Under the pieces are notes generated by a model. That model was not told where the DNA came from. It saw only the letters and a list, made by a program, of their open reading frames with translations, and made no database searches. This document shows, piece after piece, positions 21,380 through 32,499 of a stretch of 64,000 nucleotides of DNA. The translations under genes were made by a program, and so were the position numbers. The stretch covers positions 448,001 through 512,000 of the forward strand of contig CAWCAG010000009.1 in assembly GCA_963793425.1 (NCBI GenBank). The letters are read 5' to 3'. Origin of the DNA: an uncultured cyanobacterium. GTDB lineage: Bacteria; Cyanobacteriota; Cyanobacteriia; Cyanobacteriales; CAWCAG01. Every line of letters starts with the position of its first letter. Positions within the stretch are counted from its first letter, which is position 1.

Positions 21380-21724
21380 TTAAGGATTGCCGAGAGATTA
21401 CTGATTTCTGGCATTGGTGTAGAAGGTTTCCTGAGTGGTGTTTTTACCTCCTCTGGAGATGAGCAAAACATCAACACGGGTAAGGGAGGAAATATCACTG
21501 TTAACAACTCTGGTACAGTAACTCTCAGCATGGAATGGGCAAGTGTTGACAATGCTGTTGGTAGTAACAATGCAGCTATCACCGAAAAAACCCAAACTCT
21601 TTACCAACAAGCACAAGGTTGGGAAATAACTTCCGATGGTAAGATAATTTTAACCGCAACAGCAACAGAAGTTGCTTCTCATCAAAACCGAATGCAACAT
21701 CCCGATTGTGGTAGCGGAATGTAG
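21380..21724 (+). pseudogene. Remnant of a cyanobacterial filamentous-haemagglutinin-like exoprotein
   Basis: Open frame lacking the N-terminus: SGVFTSS...GKGGNITVN (beta-helix repeat) joined to QAQGWEITSDGKIILTA...HPDC, the typical C-terminal motif. Confidence 0.7.
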
Positions 21725-21755
21725 AAAGTTGAAAATTATCTCCTCTTTTTAATTC

Positions 21756-22727
21756 TCAAGCCTGGGGAGTACTATTATCTCCATACTTAATTAAAAGAGC
21801 GATCGCAATACTAACAGTAAAAATTAGTACCATACTCAAAGCTGAGCCAAAACCCCAATTACGGGTTGCTCCCAAGAATTGGTTATAAATTAAGCGGGAG
21901 ATAGTCATGCTAGAAAGCCCTCCCAAAATTTCTGGATCTACAAAGTCTGCTAAGGAAGAGATAAAGACTAGTAAAGAACCAGCAAAAATACCAGGAAAGG
22001 TTTGAGGGACAGTGATCCTCCAAAAAGTCTCCGCAGGTTTTGCTCCTAAATCCGCAGAGGCTTCTAATAGCTGTTTATCCAACTTTTCAAGAGAAGCATA
22101 GAGAACTAAGACCATATAGGGCAAATAACTGTAGGCCATACCAATTAAAACGGCTGTTTTGCTATACCACAGTGCCAATTCAGGGATGCCAAAAAGACCT
22201 AAAAAGCTATTTAATACTCCCGTCGGACGCAGAATGGTAATCCAAGCATAGGTACGTAACAACGAAGAAGTCCACAGAGGTAAAATAAACCCTAACAACA
22301 GGATATTACGCCAACGTTTCGGGGCCATTTGTGCCAGCCAATAAGCTACAGGAAAGCCTAGAGATAAGCAAATAATGGTGCTGCCAATGGCGAAAAAGAG
22401 CGAGCGACCCAAAACTTTGAGGTAAAGGGGGTTGAGTACTTCTAGATAATTACTAATACCATCCGGATTAACCACTTGCCCCGGTCTAATGCCAGATACT
22501 AAACTCAACTCAAAAATCACCAAAGTTGGTAATATCAGCAGTAAAAGTAACCATAACCCCGCAGGGCCAAGTAAAGTTAATATACCGAACCATTGAGACT
22601 CAGACGGACTCGTTTCTACAGCAACCGCTGATTTTTGGAGTTCGTTATTGACTTCTGGGTTAGATCGGGGAGGAGAAGTAGATTTTTTAGGCACGAGTGC
22701 AATAATATTTAAGGTTAAAGATACCAA
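21756..22727 (-). CDS. potB: Spermidine/putrescine ABC transporter permease
   Basis: LPLWTSSLLRTYAW, EAA loop LLEASADLGA, NWGFGSALS. Confidence 0.88.
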   Translation of the reverse strand: MVSLTLNIIALVPKKSTSPPRSNPEVNNELQKSAVAVETSPSESQWFGILTLLGPAGLWLLLLLILPTLVIFELSLVSGIRPGQVVNPDGISNYLEVLNPLYLKVLGRSLFFAIGSTIICLSLGFPVAYWLAQMAPKRWRNILLLGFILPLWTSSLLRTYAWITILRPTGVLNSFLGLFGIPELALWYSKTAVLIGMAYSYLPYMVLVLYASLEKLDKQLLEASADLGAKPAETFWRITVPQTFPGIFAGSLLVFISSLADFVDPEILGGLSSMTISRLIYNQFLGATRNWGFGSALSMVLIFTVSIAIALLIKYGDNSTPQA

Positions 22728-22742
22728 TAACTAATAACTAAT

Positions 22743-23945
22743 TTAACCACTAGTTAATTGAGTCCAGAAGCGGTCATAAATTTCGTTAACTTTTTCATCT
22801 AAAGGAATTAGTCCCTCACATTTTTCTAGGACAGATTCTGGGGGATAAAGGGTGTAGTCGTTTTGAATGTCTTGGGGCAGAAGATTATAAGCAGCTTCAC
22901 TAGGTACAGAAAAATGCAAGCGTTGACAAATCCGTGCAGCTATTTCCGGTTTGAGCATAAAATTAATCCAAGCATAAGCAGCATCTAGGTTAGGGGCGCT
23001 GCGAGGTATAACTAGGGTATCTACCCAAACTGAGGAACCGCTATCAGGAACTATATATTCTAAATCTTCGTTTTCATCAATAACTTCTGTCGCATCAGAG
23101 GAGTAACACATGGCCATGAATAAATCCCCAGAGAGGATTTGTGTTCGCCAAGCATCAGAATTTAATGAGGCAATGGTGGGTTTAAGTTCAACTAATTTCT
23201 CATAAGCTTGTTTAATTTCTTGGTAATCTGTGGAGTTGTAAGAATAACCTAAAGAACTTAAGGTCGCACCCATAACTTCTCGCACATCATTAGGTAAAGT
23301 GACGCGCCTAGCAATCTCTTGGCTATTTTCCCATAAGTAATCCCAATCTTCAGGTAGTTGAGAAAGTTTGTTGGGGTTATAAACTAAACCTGTGGTTCCC
23401 CAACTCAATGGCACACTGTATTGATTACCAGGATCATAAGCAGGATCTCTAAAATTGGGAAATAGTTGGTCAAGCCCTCTTATGCGAGACTGGTCTAACT
23501 TTCTCAATATCCCTAGCTCGACCATATTAATCACCATATACTCTGAAGGATAGATGATGCTATAGCCTCCGCCACCACTAGCTTGAATTTTAGCTAGCAT
23601 GACTTCATTGGAATCAAAAACATCTGCTACTACTTCGATACCTGTTTCTTGGCGAAACCGATCTAATAACTCGTCATCAGTGTAACCAGCCCAGGTGTAA
23701 ATATATAGTTTGTCTTGAGAACCTGTTTGAGGCGCGCTAGCTTCCTCTGAGGATTCTCCATCTTCCTCTTCCTCCTCTTCTTCACTAGCTGCTGGACTAA
23801 CGTTAGCAATTGTCCAACCACAACTAGATAGCAATAAGCTAGGAATTGTTACCGCCGCACCCTGTAAAAATTGACGGCGGCGAAGATGTTTTAATAACCT
23901 GTGGCGATGAGTAGAAGACACTGTATACCGTTTATCATTTATCAT
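22743..23945 (-). CDS. potD: Spermidine/putrescine ABC transporter substrate-binding protein
   Basis: Tat-like RRQFL plus lipobox; YTWAGY, FDSNE.MLAK, DPGNQYSVP..WGTTG. Confidence 0.88.
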   Translation of the reverse strand: MINDKRYTVSSTHRHRLLKHLRRRQFLQGAAVTIPSLLLSSCGWTIANVSPAASEEEEEEEDGESSEEASAPQTGSQDKLYIYTWAGYTDDELLDRFRQETGIEVVADVFDSNEVMLAKIQASGGGGYSIIYPSEYMVINMVELGILRKLDQSRIRGLDQLFPNFRDPAYDPGNQYSVPLSWGTTGLVYNPNKLSQLPEDWDYLWENSQEIARRVTLPNDVREVMGATLSSLGYSYNSTDYQEIKQAYEKLVELKPTIASLNSDAWRTQILSGDLFMAMCYSSDATEVIDENEDLEYIVPDSGSSVWVDTLVIPRSAPNLDAAYAWINFMLKPEIAARICQRLHFSVPSEAAYNLLPQDIQNDYTLYPPESVLEKCEGLIPLDEKVNEIYDRFWTQLTSG

Positions 23946-23995
23946 TTACCATTGAACATTTTAGCCTTCGGCAATGGCAAGCCGTACACCAATCA

Positions 23996-25135
23996 TTACC
24001 AATCTCCTAAAGCTAAACAATCTCTCGCAGACCAGTGGACATAAACAGGGGTATCAGCTTGTGGTAAATTAACTGACATATTGGGCTGCATAACTGTTAA
24101 AGAGTCTCCTGTAACTAATTCCACCACATAATGAACATGGGTTCCTAAATACATAATGTGTTTCAAGCGTCCCTCTAAACAATTATGCTCTCCGGTGGGA
24201 GGTTCAAGGCTCAATTTAATTTTTTCGGGACGAATACTAACCATAACTTTTTTATGCAAAGAAGAACGATCTGGTTCTTCTGTATCTGGTAATTGCACAA
24301 TAAGTTCTAAGCCGCGATTAGTGACAATTCTGCCAAAAGAAGCATCGCTAGCTTCGATAAAACCTTCAAATAAATTAGTATCCCCAATAAAATCAGCCAC
24401 AAAAGGAGTGCGGGGGCTTTCGTAAACTTCCGTAGGATGACCAATCTGTTCAATTTTACCCGCCCGCATCACAGCGATGCGATCAGACAAAGAAAGGGCT
24501 TCTTCTTGATCATGGGTAACCATCACAAAAGTAAGCCTCAACTCCTGATGTAAGCGAGAAAGTTCTACCTGCATTTCTTTACGTAACTTCAAATCTAAAG
24601 CCCCCAAAGGCTCATCCAACAGAAGTACCGCAGGACGGTTAACCAAAGCCCTAGCTAAAGCTACCCTTTGCTGTTGTCCCCCTGATAACTGATTGGGGAA
24701 ACGATTAGCATAAGACTCCATTTGTACACTAGCTAGGGCTTCTTTAACACCATTTTCCACTTCCAATTTGCCTAATCTTTTAACTTTTAGTCCAAAGGCA
24801 ACATTTTCTGCCACAGTTAAATGGTTAAATAGGGCGTAACTTTGGAACACCGTATTCACAGGGCGGCGATAGGGAGGGGCATTATTCATTAACTGATTTT
24901 GAATAAAAATCTTCCCCGCACTTAAGGTTTCAAAGCCAGCAATTAAACGCAAAACCGTGGTTTTACCGCATCCTGAAGGCCCTAAAATGCTGAAAAACTC
25001 TCCTTTACGGACGCTGAGGTTCACCCCGCCAACAGCAGTTTCGCCATCAAAAACTTTAAAGGCTTGGCGTAGTTCAACATCTATATTAGCTGAGCTATCT
25101 GTTGAGCGTTGTTCCCTAGAAGAAGTTTGCAGCAT
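23996..25135 (-). CDS. potA: Spermidine/putrescine ABC transporter ATPase
   Basis: GPSGCGKT, LSGGQQQRVALARA, LDEPLGALD, C-terminal TOBE region. Confidence 0.92.
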   Translation of the reverse strand: MLQTSSREQRSTDSSANIDVELRQAFKVFDGETAVGGVNLSVRKGEFFSILGPSGCGKTTVLRLIAGFETLSAGKIFIQNQLMNNAPPYRRPVNTVFQSYALFNHLTVAENVAFGLKVKRLGKLEVENGVKEALASVQMESYANRFPNQLSGGQQQRVALARALVNRPAVLLLDEPLGALDLKLRKEMQVELSRLHQELRLTFVMVTHDQEEALSLSDRIAVMRAGKIEQIGHPTEVYESPRTPFVADFIGDTNLFEGFIEASDASFGRIVTNRGLELIVQLPDTEEPDRSSLHKKVMVSIRPEKIKLSLEPPTGEHNCLEGRLKHIMYLGTHVHYVVELVTGDSLTVMQPNMSVNLPQADTPVYVHWSARDCLALGDW

Positions 25136-25534
25136 AGATATTAAAAATATGACGTGTCAAAATATAATAACTCTGGCAATGGGCAAATTTTAGCTCACAC
25201 ACAAGCAAAAGATCATGCCTATTTGGGTAAAGGTTTTGCTTACAATGATACTTCCTCTGTTCCTTTAAAGCTCCTTTACCGTTTTACTAAAATTATTCCT
25301 TATTACTCCTTAAACCAGAAAATCTTTACTTTTGATAGTTTTGGTGCAGAATAAACTACATAGCTAAACAAAGAAATTTTCAAGCTAAACTTAGGGTGTA
25401 TTTTAGCAATTTAGGTGGGCAGACTCGTCCTGAAGATGGCAATATCAGTAAGAAGAAGTATTAAACTTACTAATTGGGCTTCGTTCTAGTTAACTTAACT
25501 ATTTAAAACCAACTACAAAATAACCTGTTCCCCA

Positions 25535-27349
25535 ATGACTATTATTCAGCCAGGTTCTAACCTTAGACGGCGACAACTCCCTCGCACTGTTGGTCGTCGC
25601 TACCAGTCTATTTTTATTATGAGTTTAATTACCCTCTTTTTATTGGGGGGAATTGGTTCTCGTCTAGCTTACCTACAGCTAGTACAGGGGCAAGAAAATC
25701 GCGAAAAGGCAGAAAATAATCGAGTACGCCTTCTCCCGAAACCACCGGTACGGGGAACAATTTTTGATCGTCAGGGAGATGTTTTAGTAACTAGCCGTTT
25801 GTCTCATTCAGTTTTTGTCTGGCCCTTAGCTAGTCAGAAGCCTTACTGGGACACTACAGTTAAGACTTTATCAGACATTTTAGATATCCCCGAAGCAGAA
25901 ATTCGCCAAAAAGTAGAGCAAGCCGGCTATGATTCTCCTACCCTAGTTAGGATTCAACGAGGGCTTGATAAAGCTCAAATTACTGCCTTTGAAGAATTAG
26001 AACCACAGCTTAAGGGGGCTAGCCTAGATATTGATCCTGTACGCCATTATCCCCACAAAGAACTAGGTTCTCATATTTTGGGTTATACCGGGGAACTTAA
26101 TGCTGAAGAGTTAGAGGAGAGTAAGCGAGAAGGCTACATCATGGGAGATGTGGTTGGTAAAATGGGTGTAGAAGCAGGTTTAGAACCCTTACTCCGGGGT
26201 GAATGGGGTGGCAAGCAGGTGGAGGTTAACGGTGCTGGTAAAGTGATGAGAGTGTTAGGGGAAAAAGAAGCAGAAGCTGGGGGAGATATTACCTTAACCA
26301 TTGACGTTGATCTGCAAAAAACCGCTGGTGCAGCTTTGGGAAACCGTAAAGGTGCTATTGTTGCCCTTGACCCTAGAAATGGGGAGGTTTTGGCCATGGT
26401 TAGTAATCCAGGTTTTGATCCTAACATTTTCTCAACACGAGTTACTCCGGATGTTTGGGAAGAATTACAAGGAAGAGACCACCCCTTCGTTAACCGTGCT
26501 TTAAGAGGATTTCCCCCTGCTTCTACTTTTAAGATTGTCACAGCAGTGGCTGGCATGGAAACTGGTAAATTCTCTCCAGATACCGTCTTGCCAACCTATG
26601 CCTATCTCCGAGTAGGAGGAACTAGTTTTGGGGAATGGAACCGGGCTGGATTTGGTCCTATGGGCTTTGTACAGGCTTTGGCTTGGAGTAGTAATACCTT
26701 TTTTGGTCAAATTGGTAAAGGTATAGGTGGGCCGGCTTTAATTGATTGGTCAAGGCGTTTCGGTTTTGGTTCTCCCACCGGTATCGAATTACCAGGAGAA
26801 GCGGCGGGGTTAATCGCTGATAATGAGTGGAAGAAGGACAATTTCGACGGCTGGGAATGGCACGTCGGCGACACAGTAAATATGTCCATCGGTCAAGGTT
26901 TTACCCAAGCAACTCCTTTGCAAGTAGCAGTAATGTTTGCTGTACCCGCCAATGGTGGTTATAAAGTTACTCCCCACTTACTCAAAAATAATGGTAAGCC
27001 CGATGAGGAATGGCGTGAGTCAATGGATTTAAACCCAGAAACAGTAAAAACTGTTCGGGAAGGGCTACGACAGGTGGTTAGTAGTGGTACGGGTAGGGCT
27101 GCACAAAGCGAAGGAATGCCCCCAGTAGCCGGGAAAAGCGGTACAGCAGAAGCCCCTCCAGGAGAAGCCCATGCTTGGTTCGGTGCTTTTGCCCCCTATG
27201 ACAAGCCAGAGATTGTTGTAGTCGCTTTTGCTGAACATTCCGGTGGGGGCGGAGGTTCAACAGCAGCACCGATGGTTAACCAAGTTCTCAAGACTTATTT
27301 TGGGGACAAGGAGAAGCAAGAGAAAGAGAAAGCAGATAGTCAAGAGTAG
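25535..27349 (+). CDS. mrdA: Penicillin-binding protein 2 (class B)
   Basis: RGTIFDR, R.YP, STFK active site, SSN, KSGT. Confidence 0.93.
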   Translation: MTIIQPGSNLRRRQLPRTVGRRYQSIFIMSLITLFLLGGIGSRLAYLQLVQGQENREKAENNRVRLLPKPPVRGTIFDRQGDVLVTSRLSHSVFVWPLASQKPYWDTTVKTLSDILDIPEAEIRQKVEQAGYDSPTLVRIQRGLDKAQITAFEELEPQLKGASLDIDPVRHYPHKELGSHILGYTGELNAEELEESKREGYIMGDVVGKMGVEAGLEPLLRGEWGGKQVEVNGAGKVMRVLGEKEAEAGGDITLTIDVDLQKTAGAALGNRKGAIVALDPRNGEVLAMVSNPGFDPNIFSTRVTPDVWEELQGRDHPFVNRALRGFPPASTFKIVTAVAGMETGKFSPDTVLPTYAYLRVGGTSFGEWNRAGFGPMGFVQALAWSSNTFFGQIGKGIGGPALIDWSRRFGFGSPTGIELPGEAAGLIADNEWKKDNFDGWEWHVGDTVNMSIGQGFTQATPLQVAVMFAVPANGGYKVTPHLLKNNGKPDEEWRESMDLNPETVKTVREGLRQVVSSGTGRAAQSEGMPPVAGKSGTAEAPPGEAHAWFGAFAPYDKPEIVVVAFAEHSGGGGGSTAAPMVNQVLKTYFGDKEKQEKEKADSQE

Positions 27350-27391
27350 AGGATGGCGAGTGTCAAATCAAGACCAACAATTAGCAACTAG

Positions 27392-27718
27392 CATGAACCA
27401 TCCCGCACAGTAACTTGTCGAAATCTAGCAGGTGCGACAGGGGATATGATGCGAATACGATTACCTGATGGGCGAAGACGAAGACTAACTATTAAAGAAG
27501 CTGCAAGATTACAGAGTTTCCCTGATTGGTTTGAATTTGAAGGTAGTGAAACCAGCCAATTCAACCAGATTGGTAATGCTGTTCCGCCTTTGTTTGCCTA
27601 TCATCTAGCTACAAGCATTAAAGATTATCTGTTTTCAGATGCTAAGAAAATGACTTTGGAAGAAATCAAACAATACAACAGTTTAAACAAGCCTCCTAAG
27701 CAGTTGGCGTTGTTTTAG
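27392..27718 (+). pseudogene. DNA (cytosine-5) methyltransferase, C-terminal fragment only
   Basis: EPSRTVTCRNLAGATGDMMR...RRLTIKEAARLQSFPDWFEF...QIGNAVPP (motifs IX-X). An in-frame stop lies immediately upstream and motifs I-VIII are absent. Confidence 0.88.
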
Positions 27719-27726
27719 AGATTTAT

Positions 27727-28324
27727 GTGTTCAAAATGAAAAAATATCTTCTTAGTAGTACTGAAGCGCAAAATCTTGGTATTAAAGGTGCTTCTTATCA
27801 AACGTTTGATACGAAGACTCCTACGGTTCAACAGCTTGTAAATGAAGCTCTACATATTTTAGACAGTCTTGGTATTCCAATTGAAAATAAAACTGCTCGC
27901 AAGTTGGAACGGATGGCTTTAGCTTTCCTGGCAGTATGTGATGTGAAAATTAGTAATGACTGGGCTAAAGCAAAATCATTGGATGACGGACACGCTCTCA
28001 AAACTAGAGATATTATTGATTACATAAATGAACATTTTGCTGAGAATATCTCCAGAGGTTCTTATGATGATATTAGACGTATTGAAGCAGTACATTCTTC
28101 GGGGCCGATGAGTCCAGAAAGAATAACAACTTTACAGCCCTTTACTTAAAAACTGTATAGCAGATATCATTTTTATAACTGCATTTATAGACCGTGCTAC
28201 GTTTAGGAAATTTCTTGCTGATATAGCTTGGGAGACTGAAGTATGGATAGCTTCATCACCAGATCACTTAGTTCACTTTGATGGAGAGAAGTTTCTTGGT
28301 CCATATCGGCAAGGGCTTCAATAG
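27727..28324 (+). pseudogene. BsuBI/PstI-family type II restriction endonuclease, centrally deleted and frameshifted
   Basis: The N-terminal half (...ENISRGSYDDIRR) jumps to IEAVHSSGPMSPER. After a frameshift near 28140 it continues IIFITAFIDRATFRKFLADIAWETEVWIASSPDHLVHFDGEKFLGPY. Confidence 0.85.
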
Positions 28325-28342
28325 AAATAACTACTAACTGAT

Positions 28343-29320
28343 GTGAAAGCTTTTTTAACTGGAGGAACAGGATTTATTGGTTCTCATGTGGCGCGATCGC
28401 TACTAGCAGAAGGTTATGAAGTCAAGGCTTTGGTACGTTCTAGTAGCAGACTTGATAACCTCAAAGGTTTAGATGTAGAAATAGTTGCAGGAGATTTGAA
28501 TTCTCCTCACCTTGGTCAACAAATGCAAGGTTGTCAGGTACTCTTCCACGTAGCAGCACATTATTCCCTCTGGCAAGCAGATCACGATAAACTTTATCAA
28601 AATAATGTTTTAGGTACTCGCAACGTCTTTCAAGCAGCCTGTGAAGCGGGTATTGAACGTAGCGTCTATACAAGCTCTGTGGCTGCCATCGGAGTGGGGA
28701 AACCAGGAACTATTACCGATGAAACCCATCAAAGTTCTGTAGAAAAGTTGGTAGGAGATTATAAAAAGTCTAAATATTGGGGGGAACAAGAAGCGATTAA
28801 AGCAGTTCAAAAAGGGCAAGATATCGTTATTGTCAACCCCACTAGTCCTATTGGCCCTAGAGATATCAAACCCACTCCCACCGGAGAGATTATTGTACGC
28901 TTCCTAGAACGGAAAATGCCTGCTTATGTTGATACTGGCTTAAACTTCATTGATGTTAGGGATGTGGCCCAAGGACACCTCCTCGCTTTAGAAAAAGGTC
29001 AAAGGGGCGATCGCTACATCCTGGGTAACCAAAACTTAACCCTGAAAGAATTGCTAGATCAACTAGCAAAGATAACAGGTTTAAAAGCACCGGAAAAAAC
29101 CGTACCCTTGTGGCTACCTTTAACAGTAGCTTGGGTAGATGAGAAAATACTTGCTCCTTTAGGTAAAACTCCCAGCGTCCCCTTAGATGGTGTTAGGATG
29201 TCTGCCCAAACTATGTACTACAATTCATCAAAGGCAATTAAAGAATTAGGTTTACCCCAAACTCCTTTAAAAAAAGCTTTGGAAGATGCCGTTAAATGGT
29301 ACTTGGCCATGTTGCCGTAG
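28343..29320 (+). CDS. hpnA: Hopanoid-associated sugar epimerase
   Basis: TGGTGFIG, FHVAAHYSLW, YKKSK, GPRDIKPTPTG; adjacent to hpnH. Confidence 0.9.
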   Translation: MKAFLTGGTGFIGSHVARSLLAEGYEVKALVRSSSRLDNLKGLDVEIVAGDLNSPHLGQQMQGCQVLFHVAAHYSLWQADHDKLYQNNVLGTRNVFQAACEAGIERSVYTSSVAAIGVGKPGTITDETHQSSVEKLVGDYKKSKYWGEQEAIKAVQKGQDIVIVNPTSPIGPRDIKPTPTGEIIVRFLERKMPAYVDTGLNFIDVRDVAQGHLLALEKGQRGDRYILGNQNLTLKELLDQLAKITGLKAPEKTVPLWLPLTVAWVDEKILAPLGKTPSVPLDGVRMSAQTMYYNSSKAIKELGLPQTPLKKALEDAVKWYLAMLP

Positions 29321-29352
29321 TCATCAAGGATAACTGATAGAGGAGAAACACA

Positions 29353-30375
29353 ATGGCAATACATCTACAACAGGCTTTAGAAGTCGGCAAATATTTAGTA
29401 ACTCAACGTTTCAAAGGGCGCAAAAAATTCCCTTTGGTTTTGATGCTAGAACCCTTATTTAGATGCAACTTAGCTTGTCCTGGTTGTGGTAAAATTCAGC
29501 ACCCCAAAGAAGTACTCAAACAAAACTTAACCCCAGAACAATGTTTCGCTGCTGTAGAAGAATGCGGGGTCCCAGTGGTTTCTATTCCTGGGGGAGAGCC
29601 TTTACTCCATCCTCAAATTCAGGAGATAGTTGAGGGTTTGGTAGCACGGAAAAAGTTTGTTTACCTTTGTACCAACGGCATTTTATTAGAAAAAAGTTTA
29701 CCCAAGTTTACTCCTTCTCCTTACCTGACTTTAAGCATTCATTTAGACGGTTTGCAAGCACAACATGACCATTGTGTAGATCGTCAAGGGGTTTTCGATA
29801 CGGCAGTAAAAGCAATTAAAACTGCTAAGTCTCAAGGTTTCCGAGTGACAACCAATACAACGGTGTTTGAAGGTGCTAATCCCCAGCAAATGCAGGAATT
29901 TTTCGACTTCCTCACTGATTTAGATATTGACGGGATGATGATTTCCCCTGGTTATAGTTATGAAAAAGCCCCAGATCAAGATCATTTCCTACAACGGGAA
30001 CAAACGAGGGCTTTATTCCGAGAAATTTTAGCTCCTTTTAAAGCAGGGAAGAAGAAGTGGAATTTCAACCATAATCCTTTATTTCTCGACTTTCTCATCG
30101 GTAAAAAAGATTATGAATGTACGCCTTGGGGTAGTCCTAGCTATAGCGTTTTCGGGTGGCAAAAACCTTGTTATTTACTTAGCGAAGGTTACTACGACAC
30201 TTTCAGCGAGTTACTCAAGGAGACAGACTGGAGTAACTACGGCAACACCAGCGGCAATCCTAAATGTACTGACTGCATGGTACATTGTGGTTATGAACCC
30301 ACAGCAGCGATGGATGCTATGGAACTCCAGAATTTAACTCGTTCTATTGGTACTTTGTTGGGGGTTGCTAAGTAG
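29353..30375 (+). CDS. hpnH: Adenosylhopane synthase radical SAM protein
   Basis: [24 protein letters not shown]-terminal [13 protein letters not shown]. Confidence 0.95.
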   Translation: MAIHLQQALEVGKYLVTQRFKGRKKFPLVLMLEPLFRCNLACPGCGKIQHPKEVLKQNLTPEQCFAAVEECGVPVVSIPGGEPLLHPQIQEIVEGLVARKKFVYLCTNGILLEKSLPKFTPSPYLTLSIHLDGLQAQHDHCVDRQGVFDTAVKAIKTAKSQGFRVTTNTTVFEGANPQQMQEFFDFLTDLDIDGMMISPGYSYEKAPDQDHFLQREQTRALFREILAPFKAGKKKWNFNHNPLFLDFLIGKKDYECTPWGSPSYSVFGWQKPCYLLSEGYYDTFSELLKETDWSNYGNTSGNPKCTDCMVHCGYEPTAAMDAMELQNLTRSIGTLLGVAK

Positions 30376-30403
30376 GAAGATGGGGAGCGAGGATTTGGTG
30401 TGA

Positions 30404-30867
30404 TTACAAAAACCTACTTAAATCAAACTCCCCTTCTGGTATATTCTCTTGAAACCTTTCTTGATTCAAGATTAACAAAAGCCTTTCTGTATAATCTACC
30501 GCCCCGCGTAATTCTTCTCTTAAGATTTCTAATCCTCCGTTAGCATATTCGTCAAAAATAGCTAAACGCTTTTCTTCTGTTTGAGGATCGTATGGCGAGA
30601 GAATTTTAGTATTTTGGGTTTCACTCAAAGCTAATAACTTAATCGTTAAATCATAACCCCTAGAAATAAACACCTCTAAACTAATTGGTCCTGGCTCATT
30701 TTTAGAAACTTCTGTTATGGCAACTCGTTTTTGCCTTTTGGCCCCAAAGCTGCGGCAAAGGCGATCGCATCAGCATAGGTTTGAAAAGGCCCTGTGGTAT
30801 CGCGGGAAGTGACTAAAGATTTGACTAATTCTGCTTTGTCTCTAGCAACCCTAATTCTACTGACCAC
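30404..30867 (-). pseudogene. DNA phosphorothioation (dnd)-associated protein 4, single frameshift
   Basis: GTG at 30867 gives VSRIRVARDKAELVKSL...GPFQTYADAIAFAAALG. The frame shifts at a G4 run (30742-30745) into AKRQKRV...EPGPISLEVFISRGYD...IFDEYANGGLEIL...EFDLSRFL. Confidence 0.75.
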
Positions 30868-31031
30868 AACAATTATCTTTACTCCTATTTGGATAATTAT
30901 ATAATCTATTTTGATTGAGAAAAAACAATAACAACTGTAATTTAGCTGATGAGATTAAAGAGCAGGGATGGAGTTTGAACCACGGAAGCTAAGATTTAGA
31001 TAAATAATTAAATAGCTTAGAGGATAAAGTA

Positions 31032-31238
31032 ATGACTATTCAATTGAAACCCGAACAGGAAAAGTTTGTTAAAGCGCAAGTCACTAGCGGTAAATACAAT
31101 TCTCCAGAAGAAGTGATGGATAGAATGTTTTTGCTTTTTGAGCGATTACAGTCTGCTGGTAGAAAAAATAATTGCTTAAAATTAGCCACAACTTCATTTT
31201 CTCTAACTAGCAACGTTTCTGCCTACCCTACTGCGTAG
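31032..31238 (+). pseudogene. ParD-like (RHH/CopG) antitoxin, probably truncated; no toxin adjacent
   Basis: MTIQLKPEQEKFVKAQVTSGKYNSPEEVM; family similarity appears to stop after about residue 41. Confidence 0.6.
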
Positions 31239-31264
31239 CTCCTATAATACTATTTGGTCAGCTT

Positions 31265-32485
31265 TTGGCTAATTTATCCCAATCACCAATTATGTACAGT
31301 CGTCGTTATTTCTTATTAGGTATGGGTGCAGTTGCTCTGGGGCAAATGACTTCAGGGTGTAGCATTGGTAGCAAGCTTAAACTTAGAGTGCGATTACTGG
31401 AAAACTCGATTCCCCCTCAGTTGTTACGCAGCTTTCGGCAAGAATTAGAACAACCCATTCAATTAAAATTTAAAGCAGAAACTCAACTAGCTGGTTTGTT
31501 TAAGGGTTTAGAGGTTTGGCAGGAAGAATCTCAGCAAAAAGATACCCCAAACAAATTGATTCTGCCTTTACGTAGGTTGGTACGCTTAAGCCCTCCCGCA
31601 ACCCCAGATTTAGTTAGCTTGGGGGATTTTTGGTTAACTGGGGCAATTAAGGAAAAGTTGATTCAACCAATAGAAGTTAAACAACTTCCTTTATGGAAAA
31701 AACTGCCTCCCCGTTGGCAAGAATTAGTCAGACGCAACGAAAAAGGACAACTCAGCAAGTCTGGTAAAATTTGGGGCGCACCCTATCGTTGGGGTTGTAC
31801 AGCGATCGCCTATAACAAAGAGAAGTTTACATCAGAGGGTTGGGATTTACCAACAGATTGGCAAGACTTATGGCGACCGGAATTACGTAACCGTCTTTCT
31901 TTGTTAGATTCCCCCAGGGAAATTATTGGCTTAACTCTCAAGAAGTTGGGTTCAAGCTACAATAGCGCTAATTTAGTGGATGTAGCAGATTTAAAAAAAG
32001 AACTCATAGCCCTGAATAAACAGGTCAAATTATATAGCTCTGATTCTTACCTGCAACCCCTCGTTCTTGAAGATACAGATATTGCTGTCGGTTGGTCTAC
32101 AGATTTTCTTTCTTTAAAAGCTAGTTACCCTAACATTGAAGTGGTTATACCCAATTCAGGAACTGCTCTTTGGGCAGATGTTTGGGTAAACCCTGTTTCT
32201 TCTCAAAACAGTAATTCTGATACCACTGCTGCCCCTTCTGTTTTAGAAAAATGGCTGAATTTTTGCTGGGAATCTCAATCGGCACAGCAAATTTCTTTGT
32301 TTACTTCTGGTTCATCTCCTATGTTAAGAACTATCGATAAAGAAAAATTACCTGCTGCTTTAAGTAACAATCCTCTGGCATTACCCAAAGAAAGTATTTG
32401 GCAACAAAGTGAATTTCTCTTACCTCTTTCAACAAAAACTACACAACAGTACGAATTCCTATGGCAAGAAATAAGGGAAAATTAA
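31265..32485 (+). CDS. Extracellular solute-binding protein, polyamine (PotD-like) family
   Basis: Tat RRYFL plus Cys; WGAPYRWG.T.IAY, PTDWQDLW, SGTALWADVW. Confidence 0.85.
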   Translation: MANLSQSPIMYSRRYFLLGMGAVALGQMTSGCSIGSKLKLRVRLLENSIPPQLLRSFRQELEQPIQLKFKAETQLAGLFKGLEVWQEESQQKDTPNKLILPLRRLVRLSPPATPDLVSLGDFWLTGAIKEKLIQPIEVKQLPLWKKLPPRWQELVRRNEKGQLSKSGKIWGAPYRWGCTAIAYNKEKFTSEGWDLPTDWQDLWRPELRNRLSLLDSPREIIGLTLKKLGSSYNSANLVDVADLKKELIALNKQVKLYSSDSYLQPLVLEDTDIAVGWSTDFLSLKASYPNIEVVIPNSGTALWADVWVNPVSSQNSNSDTTAAPSVLEKWLNFCWESQSAQQISLFTSGSSPMLRTIDKEKLPAALSNNPLALPKESIWQQSEFLLPLSTKTTQQYEFLWQEIREN

Positions 32486-32499
32486 TCAATGTTCAATGA

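Noticed and set aside
25154..25354. 66-aa ORF between potA and mrdA
   Set aside because: It lies in an AT-rich divergent promoter region, has a GTG start, no clear RBS and no motif.
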